NCBI RefSeq assembly: GCF_009914755.1
Contig: NC_060927.1
Length of the DNA: 64,000 nucleotides
From: the human T2T-CHM13v2.0 reference genome, Homo sapiens
Reading direction: 5' to 3' (one strand)
Position numbers and translations under genes: made by a program. Each line of letters opens with the position of its first letter. Position 1 is the stretch's first letter. The notes beneath the pieces are model-generated. The model was given only the letters and a program-made list of their open reading frames with translations, was not told where the DNA came from and did not search any database. Positions 1-17,801 of the stretch are shown piece by piece.

Positions 1-290
1 GCTCACGCCTGTAATCCGAGCACTTTGGGAGGCCGAGGTGGGCAGATCATGAGGTCAGGAGATCGAGACCATCCTGGCTAACATGGTGAAACCCCGTCTC
101 TACTAAAAATACAAAAAATTAGCTGGGAGTGGTGGTGGGTGCCTGTAGTCCCAGCTACTCAGGAGGCTGAGGCAGGAGAATGGCGTGAACCCGGGAGGCG
201 GAGCTTACAGTGAGCCGAGACCGTGCCACTGCACTACAGCCTGCGCGACAGAGTAAGACTCCGTCTCAAAAAAAAAAAAAAAAAAAAAAA
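1..290 (+). mobile_element. AluY (cut by window start)
   Basis: AluY diagnostics gagatcgagaccatcctggctaac and gaatggcgtgaacccggg; poly(A) tail. Confidence 0.95.
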
Positions 291-1410
291 GACTGTATTG
301 GCAAAGGGTAGACTGATAGATCAGTGAAATAGAATAGAAAGTCCGTAAATAAACCTACACATATGTGGCCAGTTGATTTTCAACAAAGGTGCTAAAGCAA
401 TTCAATGGAGAAATGGCCGTTTTTTTCAGCAATGCTGTGGCAACAGTTGGATATCCATATGCAATAAAATGAACCTTGATCAGTACCTCACGCCATGTGT
501 AAAAGCTCGATCTGTGTCATAGACATACATGTAAAATGAAAAACTATAAAACTTCTAGAATAAAACATAGGGGATCTTTGCAACCTTAGATTAGGCAAAG
601 ATATTTTGTACAGTACCAAGAGCATGATCCAAAAAAGAAAAATATTGAATAATTCACCAGAAAAGACATAATATGGCATATAAGCACATGCAGATGTTCC
701 ACACCATTAGTCATTAGGGAAATGCAAGTTAAAACCACACCTATTAGAATAGCTAAAATTTTTAAAACTGACAATACCAAGTGCTGGCAAGGGTGTGAAT
801 GGAGCAATTGAAATGCTCATACATTTCTGGTGGGAATGTAAAATCGTATAACCAGTTAGAAAAATCATTTGGCAGTTTCTTAGAAAGATAAACATACACT
901 TACCCAGCAATGGCCCAGCAAACTCACTCCTAGGTATTTACCCAAGAGAAATGAGAATTTATGTTTATACAAAAGCCTGTACACACTTTTTTTGTGACTT
1001 TATTCATAACTGTCCCAAACTGAAATAAATGGTGGAACATCTACACAATGGAATACTACTCAGCCATGAAAAATGGTGACCTATTGATGTGTACAACAAC
1101 ATGAGTGAATCTCAATGCATTATTGAGAAAAACCAGACTGCAAAACAGTCTGCATTATTGAGAAAAACAGAGACTACGTACTCTGTGACTCCATTTCTAG
1201 GCAAAACTTGCAAGGACACACAATAGCTGTGGTTGTCAGGGGCTGGGCTTGGGGAAGGGATGACTACACAGAGGCACAAAGGAAATTTTGGGGTAACACA
1301 GCTGCTCTGTATCTTGATTGTGGTAGTTATGTGACTGCATTTGTCAGAACTTGGAGAAATGCACCCTAAAAATGGTGAATTTTGTTGTATATAAATTATA
1401 CCTTAAAGAA
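291..1410 (+). mobile_element. Ancient L1M (L1MC/ME-like) 3' fragment
   Basis: Degenerate ORF2 end and 3'UTR (ttcaacaaaggtgctaaagcaattcaatgg; ctcctaggtatttacccaagagaaatga). Confidence 0.8.
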
Positions 1411-1551
1411 ATTAGGGAAAAAATAATCAGGCCAGTGTACATTGAAACAGATCTTTATAATTTTACCTAATAGGCTAATAGTAAGGATTATCTATGGTGT
1501 TGGTGAGGATGGGGCCCTCCCACAGGCTGCTAATAAATCTTACTGGCGTTA

Positions 1552-1885
<334 letters not shown>

Positions 1886-2480
1886 TCATAATCTGAAAGA
1901 AGTAAGTGTTAATTTGAAAAACAGGAGATGTGTGGTTATATTTGAGAGAACTTTTCTAAACTTTTAATACGAAGGAAAATCTGAAAGTTATAATCCTACA
2001 TGGAACCAACCAGGTTGTGTATTTATTGTAATTCCTAGAAAGATATACTGATTTTTTTAATACAGGAAAATAGGTTGCATACATTTTAAAACCACATGTC
2101 TAATTTAGGTGTTATGCATGGAGAACTAGCCAAAACAAACATTTCAAGAGCTAATATTTTGAATTTTGAAATTTGTTATATTAAATTTGCTATTTAAAGT
2201 TCATTTCTCTTTACTCTCAAATGAGGAAGTTAGTTTCCTGGCAAGCTTAAACATTTTAGAGAAACCTGCATAATGTATCTTCTGTTAAAGAACATACCTT
2301 GCTTGATTTTTATCCCCAGTGCCCAGAAAGCTTTGTTTCATTAAACTTTCTTTGCTTTTTGAAAGAGAACCCATTTTCTTAGCCTGCCATTTGCAGCAGG
2401 TGATTTTTATCAACTGGTGTTTTAATAGCTTGTATATTCATCTTATGTTAGCACACCTCAGCCTCACACAAAAGACTGTG

Positions 2481-2788
2481 TTTTTTGGTTTTGTTTTTTT
2501 TGTTTTTGAGACGGAGTCTCGCTCTTTCACCCAGGCTGGACTGCAGTGGCGCTGTCTTGGCTCACTGCAAGCTCTGCCTCCCGGGTTCACACCATTCTCC
2601 TGCCTCAGCCTCCTGAGTAGCTGGGATTATAGGTGCCCGCCACCGCGCCCGGCTAATTTTTTGTATTTTTAGTAGAGACAGGATTTCACTGTGTTAGCCA
2701 AGATGGTCTCGATCTCCTGACCTCGTGATCCACCCGCCTTGGCCTCCCAAAGTGCTGGGATTACAGGTGTGAGCCACCGTGCCCGGCC
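2481..2788 (-). mobile_element. AluY
   Basis: Reverse dimer; TSD caaaagactgtg. Confidence 0.95.
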
Positions 2789-5686
2789 CAAAAGACTGTG
2801 TTTTTAACATCAACTTAAGAAAACATCAAAATACTCCACTAGCTGTCAAACTAAAACGTTTAGTTGATGGACACTCCAAATTTATAAAATGCTGATTCAT
2901 ATAGGTCTCTAATCTAGTTGCATTTGACTGACTAGACAAATAGAATTGGACATTTTTAGATGTGGTGCTAAATTTAAATGTTTCTTCTTTCTAGTTCGAA
3001 GTTAACCATATAATAAGCCTAAAAATTGCATTGCATTTGTCATAATCTTGTGGGAAATTTGAAATGTGAAATCACTGCTTGAAACTAAATTTAAAAAGCC
3101 ACTCTGTATCCCTGGTGAAGCAGTTCTCCAATGGGTCCCCCCTTGGATGAGTATCCATATTGAAACTCAGCTAAGCAGCCATCAGAGGATTTGAACCAGG
3201 TCTCTCTGAAGCTTTAGGCCAGGCATGCTATTTTCATTAGGCCACACTGAAAGAAATCGCCCAAGTATGATGTTTTCGCCATCTTATCTTTCCGTTTTCA
3301 TTTGTACTTTTCCTGAGTGGTACCAACAGCAGGTTTGTAAAATGATTTTATGAAGGAATGCTGAGTTGGAAGGGTGTCTGCTGCTTGTCTGGTTTGGATT
3401 TGTGTGAATGTGTGCAGTCCCACAATATGTGATTGATAACACTTTGACTTCTTGAACTTTTTCTGTTTTAACTTGAAAAAACAAGTTTGCACAGGGCCTT
3501 AAAAAGGTGACTGAAATAAACTGCAGCTTATCTTCCCTGATTTATCCCACCACAGTCTGCTCTGAGCACTTCTTAGTCTCCTTTTCTTCTTAGCTTTGTG
3601 TATGTGTGTGTGTGTGTAGGATTGGGAATAACCACCACCTTCCTCTGTACCCTAAAACTCTGCTTTAGCTGTCTTTTGAGGGGGCCCCACAATATTTGCA
3701 GAACTCTTTTGAAAAATTTCAGGTTTTCATTCAGCAAACTTGTGTTGAGCAGGCCCTGGCTGAGTGTAGACTAGGGCCTGCTCAACAGAAGGCCCTATTC
3801 TGTGCTCAAGGAGCTCCAAGTATTGGAGGGAAATAGAATATCTGTAATCACAGCCCATTGTAATGATGCTGAAATTGTTAGGTAGCCCAGGTTTCTGAGT
3901 TGGAGGGCAGTGTGGGAAGACCTTGGGGAAGATGAGGATCATTGGAGGATTTGAAGCACATCATAGAATTGGCAGTGCCTTCTTGATCTGGAAGTCAGAG
4001 GACCCTCAGAGTAGGGAGTCTGGGATGTCTCCTAAGTTTAGACTGTACCCACCAGGGTAGATGGGGAGAAATAAACTTGGGGGAAAAAAATGATAAGCTT
4101 AGTTTTAGCAGCATTGATTTTTGAAGTCCCCAAGGGACATTTAGATGAATTAAGATCTGGGAAAGGAGTGTTTTAAAGTAGGTATCAGATGATGGCATTC
4201 GTTCTTTCTAGGGGAAAAGGAAACATTTCCCTGTTAAATAATAAAACCTTGCTTCTAACTAGAGTATCGATAAAACCAGGAATACTAGACATATCAGAAA
4301 ATAGATCTAAAAAACTTGTCCAAGTTCTTCATTCCTCTTCTGCTTCTTTCGTATGCTGTTAGTTCAGATGGTCTGACAGTTTTCTACTTTTGGAATGCTT
4401 TCTAGTCATGTTCCTTAAAACTAACCACTGATCTTGTTTTACAAGAAAGAATCTTTAGTAACCAAAGCTCTACATGATTTTGAATGCAGACAAGTAGTTC
4501 TTCTGTGTAAATAGGAATTCAGATGGATAAACATGGGCAATTAGGTTTCTCAGTGTTGTACAAAAAGCAAAGGTCTTAGGTTTTATTATAGAACTCCTGG
4601 GACCTACACACTTCTGAAACAGTACTTGCTATTCTAAGAAAGCATTGCCTTCTACATTAGTGTTAGGTCATATGTCAGTGTCTTGTGACCGTAGTTGGAA
4701 CTGAAAAGTGATTGCATAAATCCTGGCAGCTGTGAAGTGGTCTTGTAAAAGGTGCCCCTATTTTATCTGCTGTGGTTTTAGAACATTCTAGTTCTATTGC
4801 TTCTTTCATTATTTATGGCTATACTGATAAAAGAAAGCTGATAAAAGGAAAAAAATAGAGGTTTCTACCTAAAATCCTTCTTCTGGACTTCCCATTTTTA
4901 TTATTTTCTAATCCTCCTCTTTTGTTGTATAGATAATTCAGTTTAGAAATGACTTTTTAGGAAACCTCTCAGTAGTCCTGAAGTCCCCTCCCCACCCTGT
5001 TGGCATTTGCTTTTCCTCAGATGAATGATTAGCATGTTCTTTTATTCTGTTTTGTTTTCATTTTGATCTTGAACTCTACCCCAACCCTAGAAATAGCATA
5101 ATTCAGTTATATTATATAGACCTGCTGAGTGTTAGCCAGATGAGACTTCAGTGCTCATTTCTGTGACCTTATTTCCAGCTAGCTTGAAGGCAGCCAGTAA
5201 GGGGAACTTGTAACTCCCACCCTTTATATTATGAAAAACTTCATTATCTCTTTACTCCTTCCCATAGTTCCATGAGTTGGGTTTTTTTTTTTTTAAACCA
5301 AGCCAATTACATTTATTAAATATTTCCTTTTTTTCATTTTTATTAACCAAGTGCCTATAGCTGGGTCTGAAATAAAAACATACACTTCAGATAGTTGTAT
5401 CTATATGATATTTGATTCAGATGGTTGATGTTTGTTAACCCGTGGATCTTTAATATGAAGAGACAGTTCCATTAACATTTTTTGGAAATGATTATAATAA
5501 GGTCCCCTGTACATTTCGCTCCATTACACCCCCATCCCCCATTTACGGTTTCAGTGATCCCTTGCAGTCTTAGGATCTCAAGCTGAGGCTGTGGTCTATA
5601 CCTTAGGAGTTTGTAGTTTTGTTAACACGGTTTTTTTTTTTTTCTTATGGAAAAAGATAATTTAAAATATTCTCTAAAATGAATGG

Positions 5687-5859
5687 TTTTTCTTTTTTCT
5701 TAAGAGATGGGGTCTGGCTATGTTTCCCAGGCTAGAGCACAATGGCTATTCACAGATGTGGTTTAGCACACTGTGGCCTCAAATTCCTGGGTTCAAGTGA
5801 TCCTCCCACCTTAGGCTTCCTGCTAGCTGGGACTGTAGGCATGCACCACTGTGCCTGGC
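5687..5859 (-). mobile_element. FAM-like Alu monomer
   Basis: Monomer retaining the 7SL-like ggctattcacag segment. Confidence 0.7.
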
Positions 5860-6529
5860 TTAAAATGAATGTTATATTAAGACAGGTACCACTTCCCACC
5901 CCCATTTGTGGAGGAATATGGTGGATAATTTTTGTTGATGCCATTCTTAGTCCTATAATACCAGATGTCTAGTTCTGGGGACCCAAGCTCCTGAATCATC
6001 ACCTTTTTTTAAAAAAAACCTGAATTACTAAGAATAAGAAGCTTTCCCTGTTTCTTCTCTCTCCCATCTCAAACTGTGTTGGCTTTGTGCCTGCTTGAAC
6101 TTACCTACTGTCTGTTTCCCACATCTGTTTCACTAATTTCCACTGGAGCATCCTTAGTGGCTTGGGAGGCTTGTAAGGGCAAGGGCATCTCTTACTCATC
6201 TCTGTCTGCTATGCCAAGAACAGTGCCTGCCACAGATGAAGCAGGGCAGGGCAGCAGCAGCCACCTTTGAATGTTTTCTCTGTGCTGAATACTTAGCATG
6301 GATTCTGTTTTAATTCATTTAATGTCCACAGCAGCTTTACAAGAAAGTAGATTACTATTAGTACTTCCATTTTAAAGATTGGGAACACATTTTAAAATAA
6401 TTTGGTTAAAGTCGTAGCGCTCTGTTGAGTGGCCTGTTTTTATCTCTTTCCTTTGGCCCTTGGGATGAAAAAGTAAAATTATTCAAAGACAAAAGTAAAG
6501 TAAGAAGAGAAATAAAAAGTCTGGAAAAT

Positions 6530-6827
<298 letters not shown>

Positions 6828-9493
6828 TCAGTGGGAGAGTCATTTGCCCTCTCTGAAACTTAGTTACCCTGCTGTTCTTTTCTAGTTTAAATGCTTCAAA
6901 TTATGTCATTTAGCTTAGCCAACTACTTGACATAGAATTGTATTTCTAATTTTTTCAATCTTTTAGCATTTCTATATTTAGAAATTATTTGAGCCCTAAC
7001 TGAAAACTGTGGGACTGTATATTTATGTTGCTTTTCTTCTTTTTTATTATTCTAATCATGTATCACATCATAACAAGCCGAGTGTGTTAAGGGGATTGGA
7101 CAAATCATCCTGAAGAGAAAATTTCCAAATAATTGGACTTCTTGTTGTTTGTGAGGCTAATCTTTAACAGAAAAAGAAAGTTTTCTTCGGTCAAATAAGA
7201 ATGTTGGGTAATTGTTAGTTGATATTTATATTATTCATTATATTTTTAAAACATTATTTTGAATAATTGCACTATCAGATATCCAGTTTGGCATGGACAA
7301 GAGGTAAAAAACCAAACTAGTTTATGTACAGTTATAGTATGAGATAGTAGTGGAAATAATGTCATTAAACTCATTTTATAAAAGTTGATGTTTTATAGGA
7401 CTTATATGGAAAGATATGAATTTATTGTATTTCAAATACATATGTATTAGTGGTTAGGTATGATTATAAGTAGTCGCATTAAACATTGTCAATATTTGAA
7501 CAATAGAAGAAAAAGTTTTTAACTACCTGGATGTTTATTGTTTATGTATTTTCATTGTCAGCCATTTAAAATCACCCCTTTTTTTTGCTGTGGAGGGATA
7601 GCCAAGTATATATTATTTTTTAAAACTTGGTAGGTTTCCCTCCTTGGATAATGGACATAGTTGGAAAGGTGGCATTTACTTTACAGTGAATTTCTAAAAC
7701 ATAACTTTTTGTAAATGAAGTGCACATTGCAATAAAGGGAGAATAATTGTAATTGCCACTTGTTCACAGTGGTGGCTTGGGAGTTGGGACAAGTGACCCA
7801 AAATAGCAGATTTGAGTGGTACAAAGAGGAGGATTTAAGTTAAACATAAACTATATAAATTTCCTTTAAAAAATCTTAATAAGGTACTACTTCGACTGGG
7901 GTTATAAATTCGTTTCACTGGCTATTTAAAGAATAGATGTGACTAGTCGCCATTATTAAGATATGTTTGATTTTTGAATGGGGATGGCTCTCTGGATTCC
8001 AAAGTCAAGGCAAAGAAATGACAGTGAATGGAGTGGACTCCTGAGTCAGCTTGCTGTCCTAGGGCAGATAATGCATGCATTCAAAAAGCAATGTCAGACC
8101 TCTTAGGGAGACTGCAGAGCCAAGGGTTTGGACTGAATGATCCATAGGTCCCTTTCATCTTCAATTACGTAAATGTTTAATTTCAGTCTGCTTTTTTCAT
8201 CTGATTCATTAGTTTCCATCAGAGTATCCTTAGTAAAATTTATTGTACGTATTAAAAAATCACATTGTATGTAACTTTTGGGTTTCTGCCTTTGTTGCCA
8301 ATCTTTGTTTAGTTTGAACCAAGGAAAAGATATTTTATTAAGTTTTAATTATCTTGGGAAATAACATGGAACCTACATTATTTTGGGTGTTTTAAGTTTA
8401 AATGGAAACAGCAGTTGAATGTTAACAGATGTGATGACAAAGGCCATGTGGTCTGCCCTTCCATTCTCTTTTAAGCCTTTTGTGGTCTAGAATACTTCTT
8501 GAATTCGTTTCTTATTATGTGAATGTTTATATTATCATGCCTGTTCTTTAGTTTCTGGAATGAATGAATGATTTGTGATGCCTTTCCTAAGTCCTTTTCA
8601 TCTTAAAAATTTTTTTTCATCTGAACAAAAGATCATTTTCCCATATGATTGATGGGTTTGCTTTTTATTTAATGATGAAAGAGGTAAGGAGTTGTTTGTT
8701 ACTGTCAGAGTTCGTCTAATGCTAGAGTTGAGAGGTCCTTAGATGTCAGCTAGCCCAGCCTTACCATTGGTGCAGAAATGCCTTATGCAAAATTTTAGAC
8801 AGATGTTTGCCCTGCCTTTGCTGGAATACTTTTAGTGATGGATAACTCACTGCCTTTTCTGGTATTGTAACGGCTCCATTGAGTAGTTCCCCATTTTTTA
8901 GCTGAAATGTGTCTCTTAAGTAACCAAGTTTCATCCTCTGGAGTAATATATAACCAGTCTTTTTCCTGATTGACTATATTGATGGCCATGTTTCTTTCCT
9001 CCTTGAGCTTTAATTTTCTTGCGTATAAAATGACATGAGTTACATCACCTGGTTACCTCACTAGCGTTGAGGTAAAGAACAACTTGACATAATTGTGACC
9101 TTAGGCAAAATTCTTTTCCGGTCTCAGAGTATTAATATATTAGTTTTATTTCTGGTATATATTCTAATGGGAAAAATAGCAGTGTGTTGTCTGTTGGCTT
9201 GGGCACCTGGATACTTTTCAGTTGATATTATTGCTCTGTTACCAAAGGCATTAATTTGTCTCTTCATCGAACATTTATTGACCATTCACTGTGTACTAGC
9301 AATTACTGTAAAAACATTGAAGAAGATAGACACCTTCCCTGCCCTATTGGGGCTTCTTTTCCTTCATGGATGTTTGTACTTTGAGATATAAATGCTTTTG
9401 ACTGCTCAAGATAAAATAATATTGTTAGCGCACTTTTAATGTTTTTGGTTTTCTAATTAGTCCAATATTTTAAAGTATGTCTTTGATTTATAG

Positions 9494-9635
9494 ATATTTG
9501 GAGTCTGGGAGTGATCCTTTTCATGTTGGTGTGTGGGCAGCCGCCCTTTCAAGAAGCCAATGACAGTGAAACACTGACAATGATCATGGATTGCAAATAT
9601 ACAGTACCATCCCATGTGTCTAAAGAGTGTAAAGA
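9494..9635 (+). CDS. SNRK: SNRK internal coding exon (kinase subdomains IX-X)
   Basis: Acceptor tttgatttatag|AT and donor GA|gtaagt. The 142 nt translate to (D)[46 protein letters not shown](D), with the AMPK-family DIWSLGV motif. Phase is compatible with the next exon. Confidence 0.97.
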
Positions 9636-10456
9636 GTAAGTAAAACAAAGTATGTGGAAACCTTAAGGACTCAGATTAAAACCAGAAGTTTTAATTCCAT
9701 TAATATGTCAAGAAAATTTGAGAGGACTTCAAACATCCAAGCATCTGGGTTGATTTTAATTTTTGAATTTAATATTTCTGCTGTTGTTTCAGAGTGTTCG
9801 GTCGGCGGGGGTGGGGGTGGTTAGCCCCTGAATATGATCTGAAATTTAATATTAGAGTACAAAATGTATTCATCTATTTCTTATTCAAGAAATCTATTAC
9901 ATGCCTCTTCAACCTTCAGGAGTGGTGGTTATTTCACTTGAACTGAAGAAATACCATGGGAACTACCTTTCTCTGCATGAGCAAAAAGCAAGATCACCTG
10001 GAATTGTTTTAAGTTCCAGAGAAGAGTTAGGGCATTTTCTTTCCTGAATAGACCATCAACACACTATTTTAGGGTTTACATAGTATGTCTCATAATTTTC
10101 TTCACACACCTTCTGCTAATTGACTAAAGAGCTGTTTAGGTTTATGTGACTATGGGAAGCCAGCATAAAAAGTATACTCAATTATTTGGAATTTAAAGTA
10201 GTACATAGTACTATGATATGTGTAGTGAGAAATATAGTAATGGAATAGAACTGTTGGAAGTTCAGTATTGACATTTTAAGTGACATTTTTTAATGAGCTC
10301 AGCTGAGATTATAGCCACTACTTACAGGACTTTGCTGTAGAAACAGAGTTTTGAGTTTCTCCTATCAGCTGGTAAGAAGGAAATCTGATTGCCCAAGGAC
10401 TTTTTTTCTCTAAATGAAGCCCCATCTCAGGTGGATGTTTAAGAACTTAGGTATTC

Positions 10457-10880
<424 letters not shown>

Positions 10881-11188
10881 TTATTTTTATGACGTTACTG
10901 TTAACTATTCTCTACCCCAAGAAGCAGGGCAGTTGTCTGGGGGCATACGTTGTCTGCATGTTGGATGTTTGTGATGCATGTTGTAATTCAAGGAGTATTT
11001 CCACAGCTTCTACTGAAAAAGCTTATTTTTATATTGATATATATATCATTCAAATAAGTATACAATGTATATGTAGTAAAATGAGGGCCTGTGTACCCAT
11101 TATCTAGCTTAAGAAATAGAACAGTTCCTAGTATCTTAGTAGCTGTCTGTGTCTCCCTCCTAGAAGGATTATTTTTAATAATTATTGA

Positions 11189-11797
<609 letters not shown>

Positions 11798-11902
11798 TTA
11801 TTGGGACTATTTAGGTTTTTAAAATTTTTTCCTATTTCAGTTTTGCTAAGCTGTGTTTTTTAAGGGACATGTCTGCTTTATATAATTTTTCAAATGTATT
11901 AA

Positions 11903-12214
<312 letters not shown>

Positions 12215-13484
12215 TATAATATCTTTTAGTTATATTTTTTAAGTCTATAAGAAGTGTGGATATATTGTCCTTTTTAATTTCAATAGTGATAATTTGTGCC
12301 TTATCTTTTTTTTTGTCTTGATCAGTTTTGCCAGAAGTTTGTTATTTTATTAGTCTTTTTCTAAGAACTACCTTTTGCTTTTATTAACAATTATAATTTT
12401 TGTTTTATGTTTTATTAATTTTCTTTTCTCTTGTCTGTAGTATTTCGTGCCACTCACTTCCATGGGCTAATTCTGTTCTTCCTCTTTCTGTTGTTGGATA
12501 CTTAGCTCACAAATTTCCCTTTTCTGTTGTAATAATTTAAGGGTATAAATTGCCTTCTGATACCATTTTAGCTGCATCCCACTAGTTTTGATTTATAGTC
12601 CTTTTGTTATTCAGTTCTAATAAGTATTTTCTAGTTTGTGTTGATTTATTTCATGTGTGAGTTGTTTACAGGGGTGTTTTACATTTCCAAATGTATGGCG
12701 TTTTTCTAATTAGCTTTTTATTGATTTCTAACTTAATTGTGTTGTGGTCCAATAATAATAGCCTCTATGGTACCAGTGTTGTTTTTGTTTTTTTGTTTTT
12801 TCAAATTGCTGAGACTTGCTTATGGCCTAGCATAAGGTCTTTTTGTTCTGGAAAATAGTGTATATTTTCCAGTTTTGGAGTTCTGCATAAATCCTTAAGA
12901 TCAAGCTTTTTTATTATGCTGTTCAAAATTATTTGCATCCTGTATGAGTTTTTCTTTCTCCTACTGGATCTATCAGTTACTGAGGTATTCTTCCACTGTG
13001 ATGGTGGATTTGTTTTTTTTCTTGGAGCTCTGTCAGTTTTTGCTTTGAGTGTTTTGAGGTAATGTTATTAGGTGCAAACAAGTTGAAAAGTGTCGTATCT
13101 TCCCATTCTATCAATTTGTATCAATGAGGTAATGGCCCTCTTTAGTACTGCTTTTTTGCCTTAAAGTCAGTCTGTGTTGTCTAATTTCAGCCACACCAGT
13201 CTTCTGTTGGCTACCATTTGTGTGCTGTAGAGTTTTTCTTTCTTTTCTTAAACTTCCCATTGTCCTGGTTTTAAATACATCTTTTTTTAACAGGCTGGAG
13301 CCGAGTTTTTCTTTAATCCCATCTGATCATTTTTGTGTTTTAAATGGAGAGTTTATTCCATTTACATTTATTGTAGTCACTGATAGATGTAGATCTATTT
13401 ATGCCATCTTTTTATATGTTTTATGTTTGTCCTACTTCAGTTTTTTTTTTCTTTTTACCCCATTCTTTGGAGTTGATGGAGGAT

Positions 13485-13652
13485 TCCTTTCCTTTCCCTT
13501 CCCCTTCATTCTTTCTCTTTTTCTTTCTTTCTTCCCTCCCTCCCTTTCCTTCCTCCCCTCTCTCCTTCCCTTTCCTCCCCTCCTTACCCTCCCTCCACCC
13601 TCTCTCCCTTGCTCTCTCCCTCTGTCCGCCTTCCCTCCCTCTCTTTCTTTTC
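13485..13652. repeat. CT-rich low-complexity tract (expanded Alu tail)
   Basis: (CCTT)/(CCCT)-type polypyrimidine run abutting a reverse AluJ. Confidence 0.85.
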
Positions 13653-14685
<1,033 letters not shown>

Positions 14686-14906
14686 GGGCCTCATGTTTTT
14701 ATACTTAATTTAACAAAATTTATAGCTTATTCTTATTTTTTGGAGGGTGTCGGGGGAATGGTCTCACCCTGTCACCCAGGCTGGAATGCCTCAGTGCAAT
14801 CATGGCTCACTACAGCCTTGACCTCTCAGCCTCCCAAGTAGCTGGGACCACAGGTGCAAGCCACCACACCTGGCTAATTTTTTTTTTAATTTTTTTGTAG
14901 AGATGG

Positions 14907-15250
14907 TGTATTAGTCCATTTCATACTGCTACAAAGAACTGCTGGGTAATTTATAGAGGAAAGAGATTTAATTGACTTGCAGTTCAGCATGGCTGGAGAG
15001 GCCTCAGGAAACACAGTCATGGCAGAAAGTGAAGGGGAAGCAAGGCACCTTCTTCACAAGGCAGCAGGAAGGAAAAGGAACTTAGGAGAAGCTACTGAAC
15101 ACTTATAGAACCATCACTATCAGAACAGCATGGGGAAACTGCCCCCATGATTCATTTACCTCCACCTGGTGTCTCTGTTGACACATGGGGATTATGGGGA
15201 TTATAATTCAAAATTAGATTTGGGTGGGGACACAAAGCCTAATCATATCA
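14907..15250 (-). mobile_element. THE1D/MST-type MaLR LTR inserted in a reverse AluJ (14760-14906 and 15251-15363)
   Basis: Ends tgtattagtcc...aatcatatca; the Alu resumes on both sides. Confidence 0.85.
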
Positions 15251-16849
15251 GACAATGTCTGATATGTTGCCCAGGCTGGTCTGAGACTCCTGGGCTCAAG
15301 CAGTCCCTCCGCCTCAGCCTTCCAAAGTGCTGCGATGACGGGTATGAGCCACTGCGTCTGGCCTCTTTATTCTCTTCTTGAACAACACAAAATCTTTAGA
15401 ATATTTTAACTACCATCCAATATTTTAATAACTTTTCAAATGCCACAAAGTAGATATGATTATCATTCTACACAGTTAAAAATTTCATATTTACCCAGAT
15501 GCTTGACAGAAACTGTTTACCCTTCCAAGTGGAATCACACTATCCTGTCAAAATAAAATTGTTTAGAATTTGTTTGGATGAGCATATGTTGGTGATAAGC
15601 ATTCTCAGTTTTTATTTGGAATGTCTTCATGTTATTTATGCTCCTAAAAGATGGTTTCATTGAGTATAGAATTCTAGATTGACAGTTATTTTCTCTCAGC
15701 TCATGGAAGATATTATTCCACTGTTTTCTGGCATCCATTGTTGCTGTTGAGAAGTCAGCTGTCCATCTTATCATCTTCTTGTCTCCACGTAGGTGTCCTG
15801 TCTTCACTTAGGCTGCTTTAAGATTTTCTATTTATTGTGCTTAGGATGTGTTAGGCTTAGTGGTTCAAGATGTGTGCTCTTTGATGAATTTTGGAAAATT
15901 CTCAGCCATTATCTTTTCAAATACAGTTTCTTCCTCATTTTCTCATTTCCCTCACTCTGTCCTCTTCTTTTTATAAAATTGTTTTGTATTTCCTAACGCA
16001 GTCTATTGATAGTTATTTCCTTAATTTTATCTTACATTAATTCTGTGTCTTTTTAAATTTTGTTTATTGATTTTGTTTTTAGTTACACTGATTATTTTTC
16101 ATTTTTAGAAGCCCTATTTAGTTTTTTCTCAACTGCCTAGTAATTTTATGTATAGTAGCTTTATTTATAGTATAAAGTATCATCTTTAGTTCCCTGGCTA
16201 TATTATTTTCAAGATTCTCTTTCATGTCTTAAACATATTTAACACAGTTACATTTTACATCTGAAAATTTCAGTATCTGAAGTATTCGCATTCTGATTTT
16301 GCTTGTGTTTCCTAGGTCTTGCTGTTGGTACCTTGTTTCTTTTTTGTTTTTGACTGATATTCTTTGTAATATTATTTGGAGAATTATTTGAGGCTGGTTT
16401 TAAGTTACATTCCTACAGGAAGGGTGGGTGTATTTACTTCTCTACTAGTTGCCTAGGAGTGCTTCCAGCTGAAAGCACTATAAATTAACTTCTGTGTACC
16501 ACACAGATATCATTAGTTTGGAACACAGACTTGTGTGAGGACCAGCTTGTAGTTAGAAGTTCTAAGTTGTTTCTCATTTTTCATTTATCCTTACACTGAA
16601 GCTGGAGTCCTAGCTCTTTGCAAGGGCTCTAGTTGTGCTGTCTACCTTCAGTAGGCCTTACACATTATATTCTGTTATATGCACCCAACATAGCTTGTAA
16701 AGCTGAAGCAGAAACAGGCCAAAGGCCAGCTTTGTCATTCATTTCGTAAGGGTTCTGTTTTACTTCATTTTTAGTTGCTGAGTGTTACTTATTTATTCTG
16801 CTAAAATGGTGCCTTTAAATAAAATAGTTTCCTAAAAATACATTACATG

Positions 16850-17179
<330 letters not shown>

Positions 17180-17588
17180 ACATGGTATTTTAGTTGTTGT
17201 CATCAGAAGCATCATTCATTTTTTTCTGAAACAGAAGTGGGCTTGTATACTTTATTCTGTATGTCATTGCTGATCCTTGAATTTAATTCTGGTATGTCAC
17301 TAAGCCAGCAGTTAATTCAAGAACAGATGTTGATACCTATAGTTAATTCTGGATGATAGGGAGCTCTTATTTGTGCATTTGGCTTATCAGCGTACCTGGA
17401 GGTTGTGATTTTTTATTTTATGACTGCAGTGGCACTAAATTTTTATTATTCCCATCTGCCCCACTGCCACCACTAGTGCACCTAATTTAATTGATGGTAT
17501 AGGAAATCATTTTTGTTAATAAAATGATCCATCATTACTGATCCTTGCAAGCAGTTTGCTTTAACAATGGACTTACCTTCCTTTCCAG

Positions 17589-17801
17589 CCTAATCACACG
17601 GATGCTACAGAGAGATCCCAAGAGAAGGGCTTCTTTAGAAGAGATTGAAAATCATCCTTGGCTTCAGGGAGTGGACCCTTCACCAGCTACAAAGTATAAC
17701 ATTCCCCTTGTGTCATACAAAAATCTCTCGGAAGAGGAGCACAACAGCATCATTCAGCGCATGGTGCTTGGGGACATAGCGGATCGAGACGCCATTGTAG
17801 A
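17589..17801 (+). CDS. SNRK: SNRK internal coding exon (kinase subdomain XI and start of UBA)
   Basis: Acceptor cttcctttccag|C and donor GA|gtacgt. The 213 nt encode LITRMLQRDPKRRASLEEIENHPWLQG...DRDAIVE, inside ORF 17545..17841. Confidence 0.97.
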
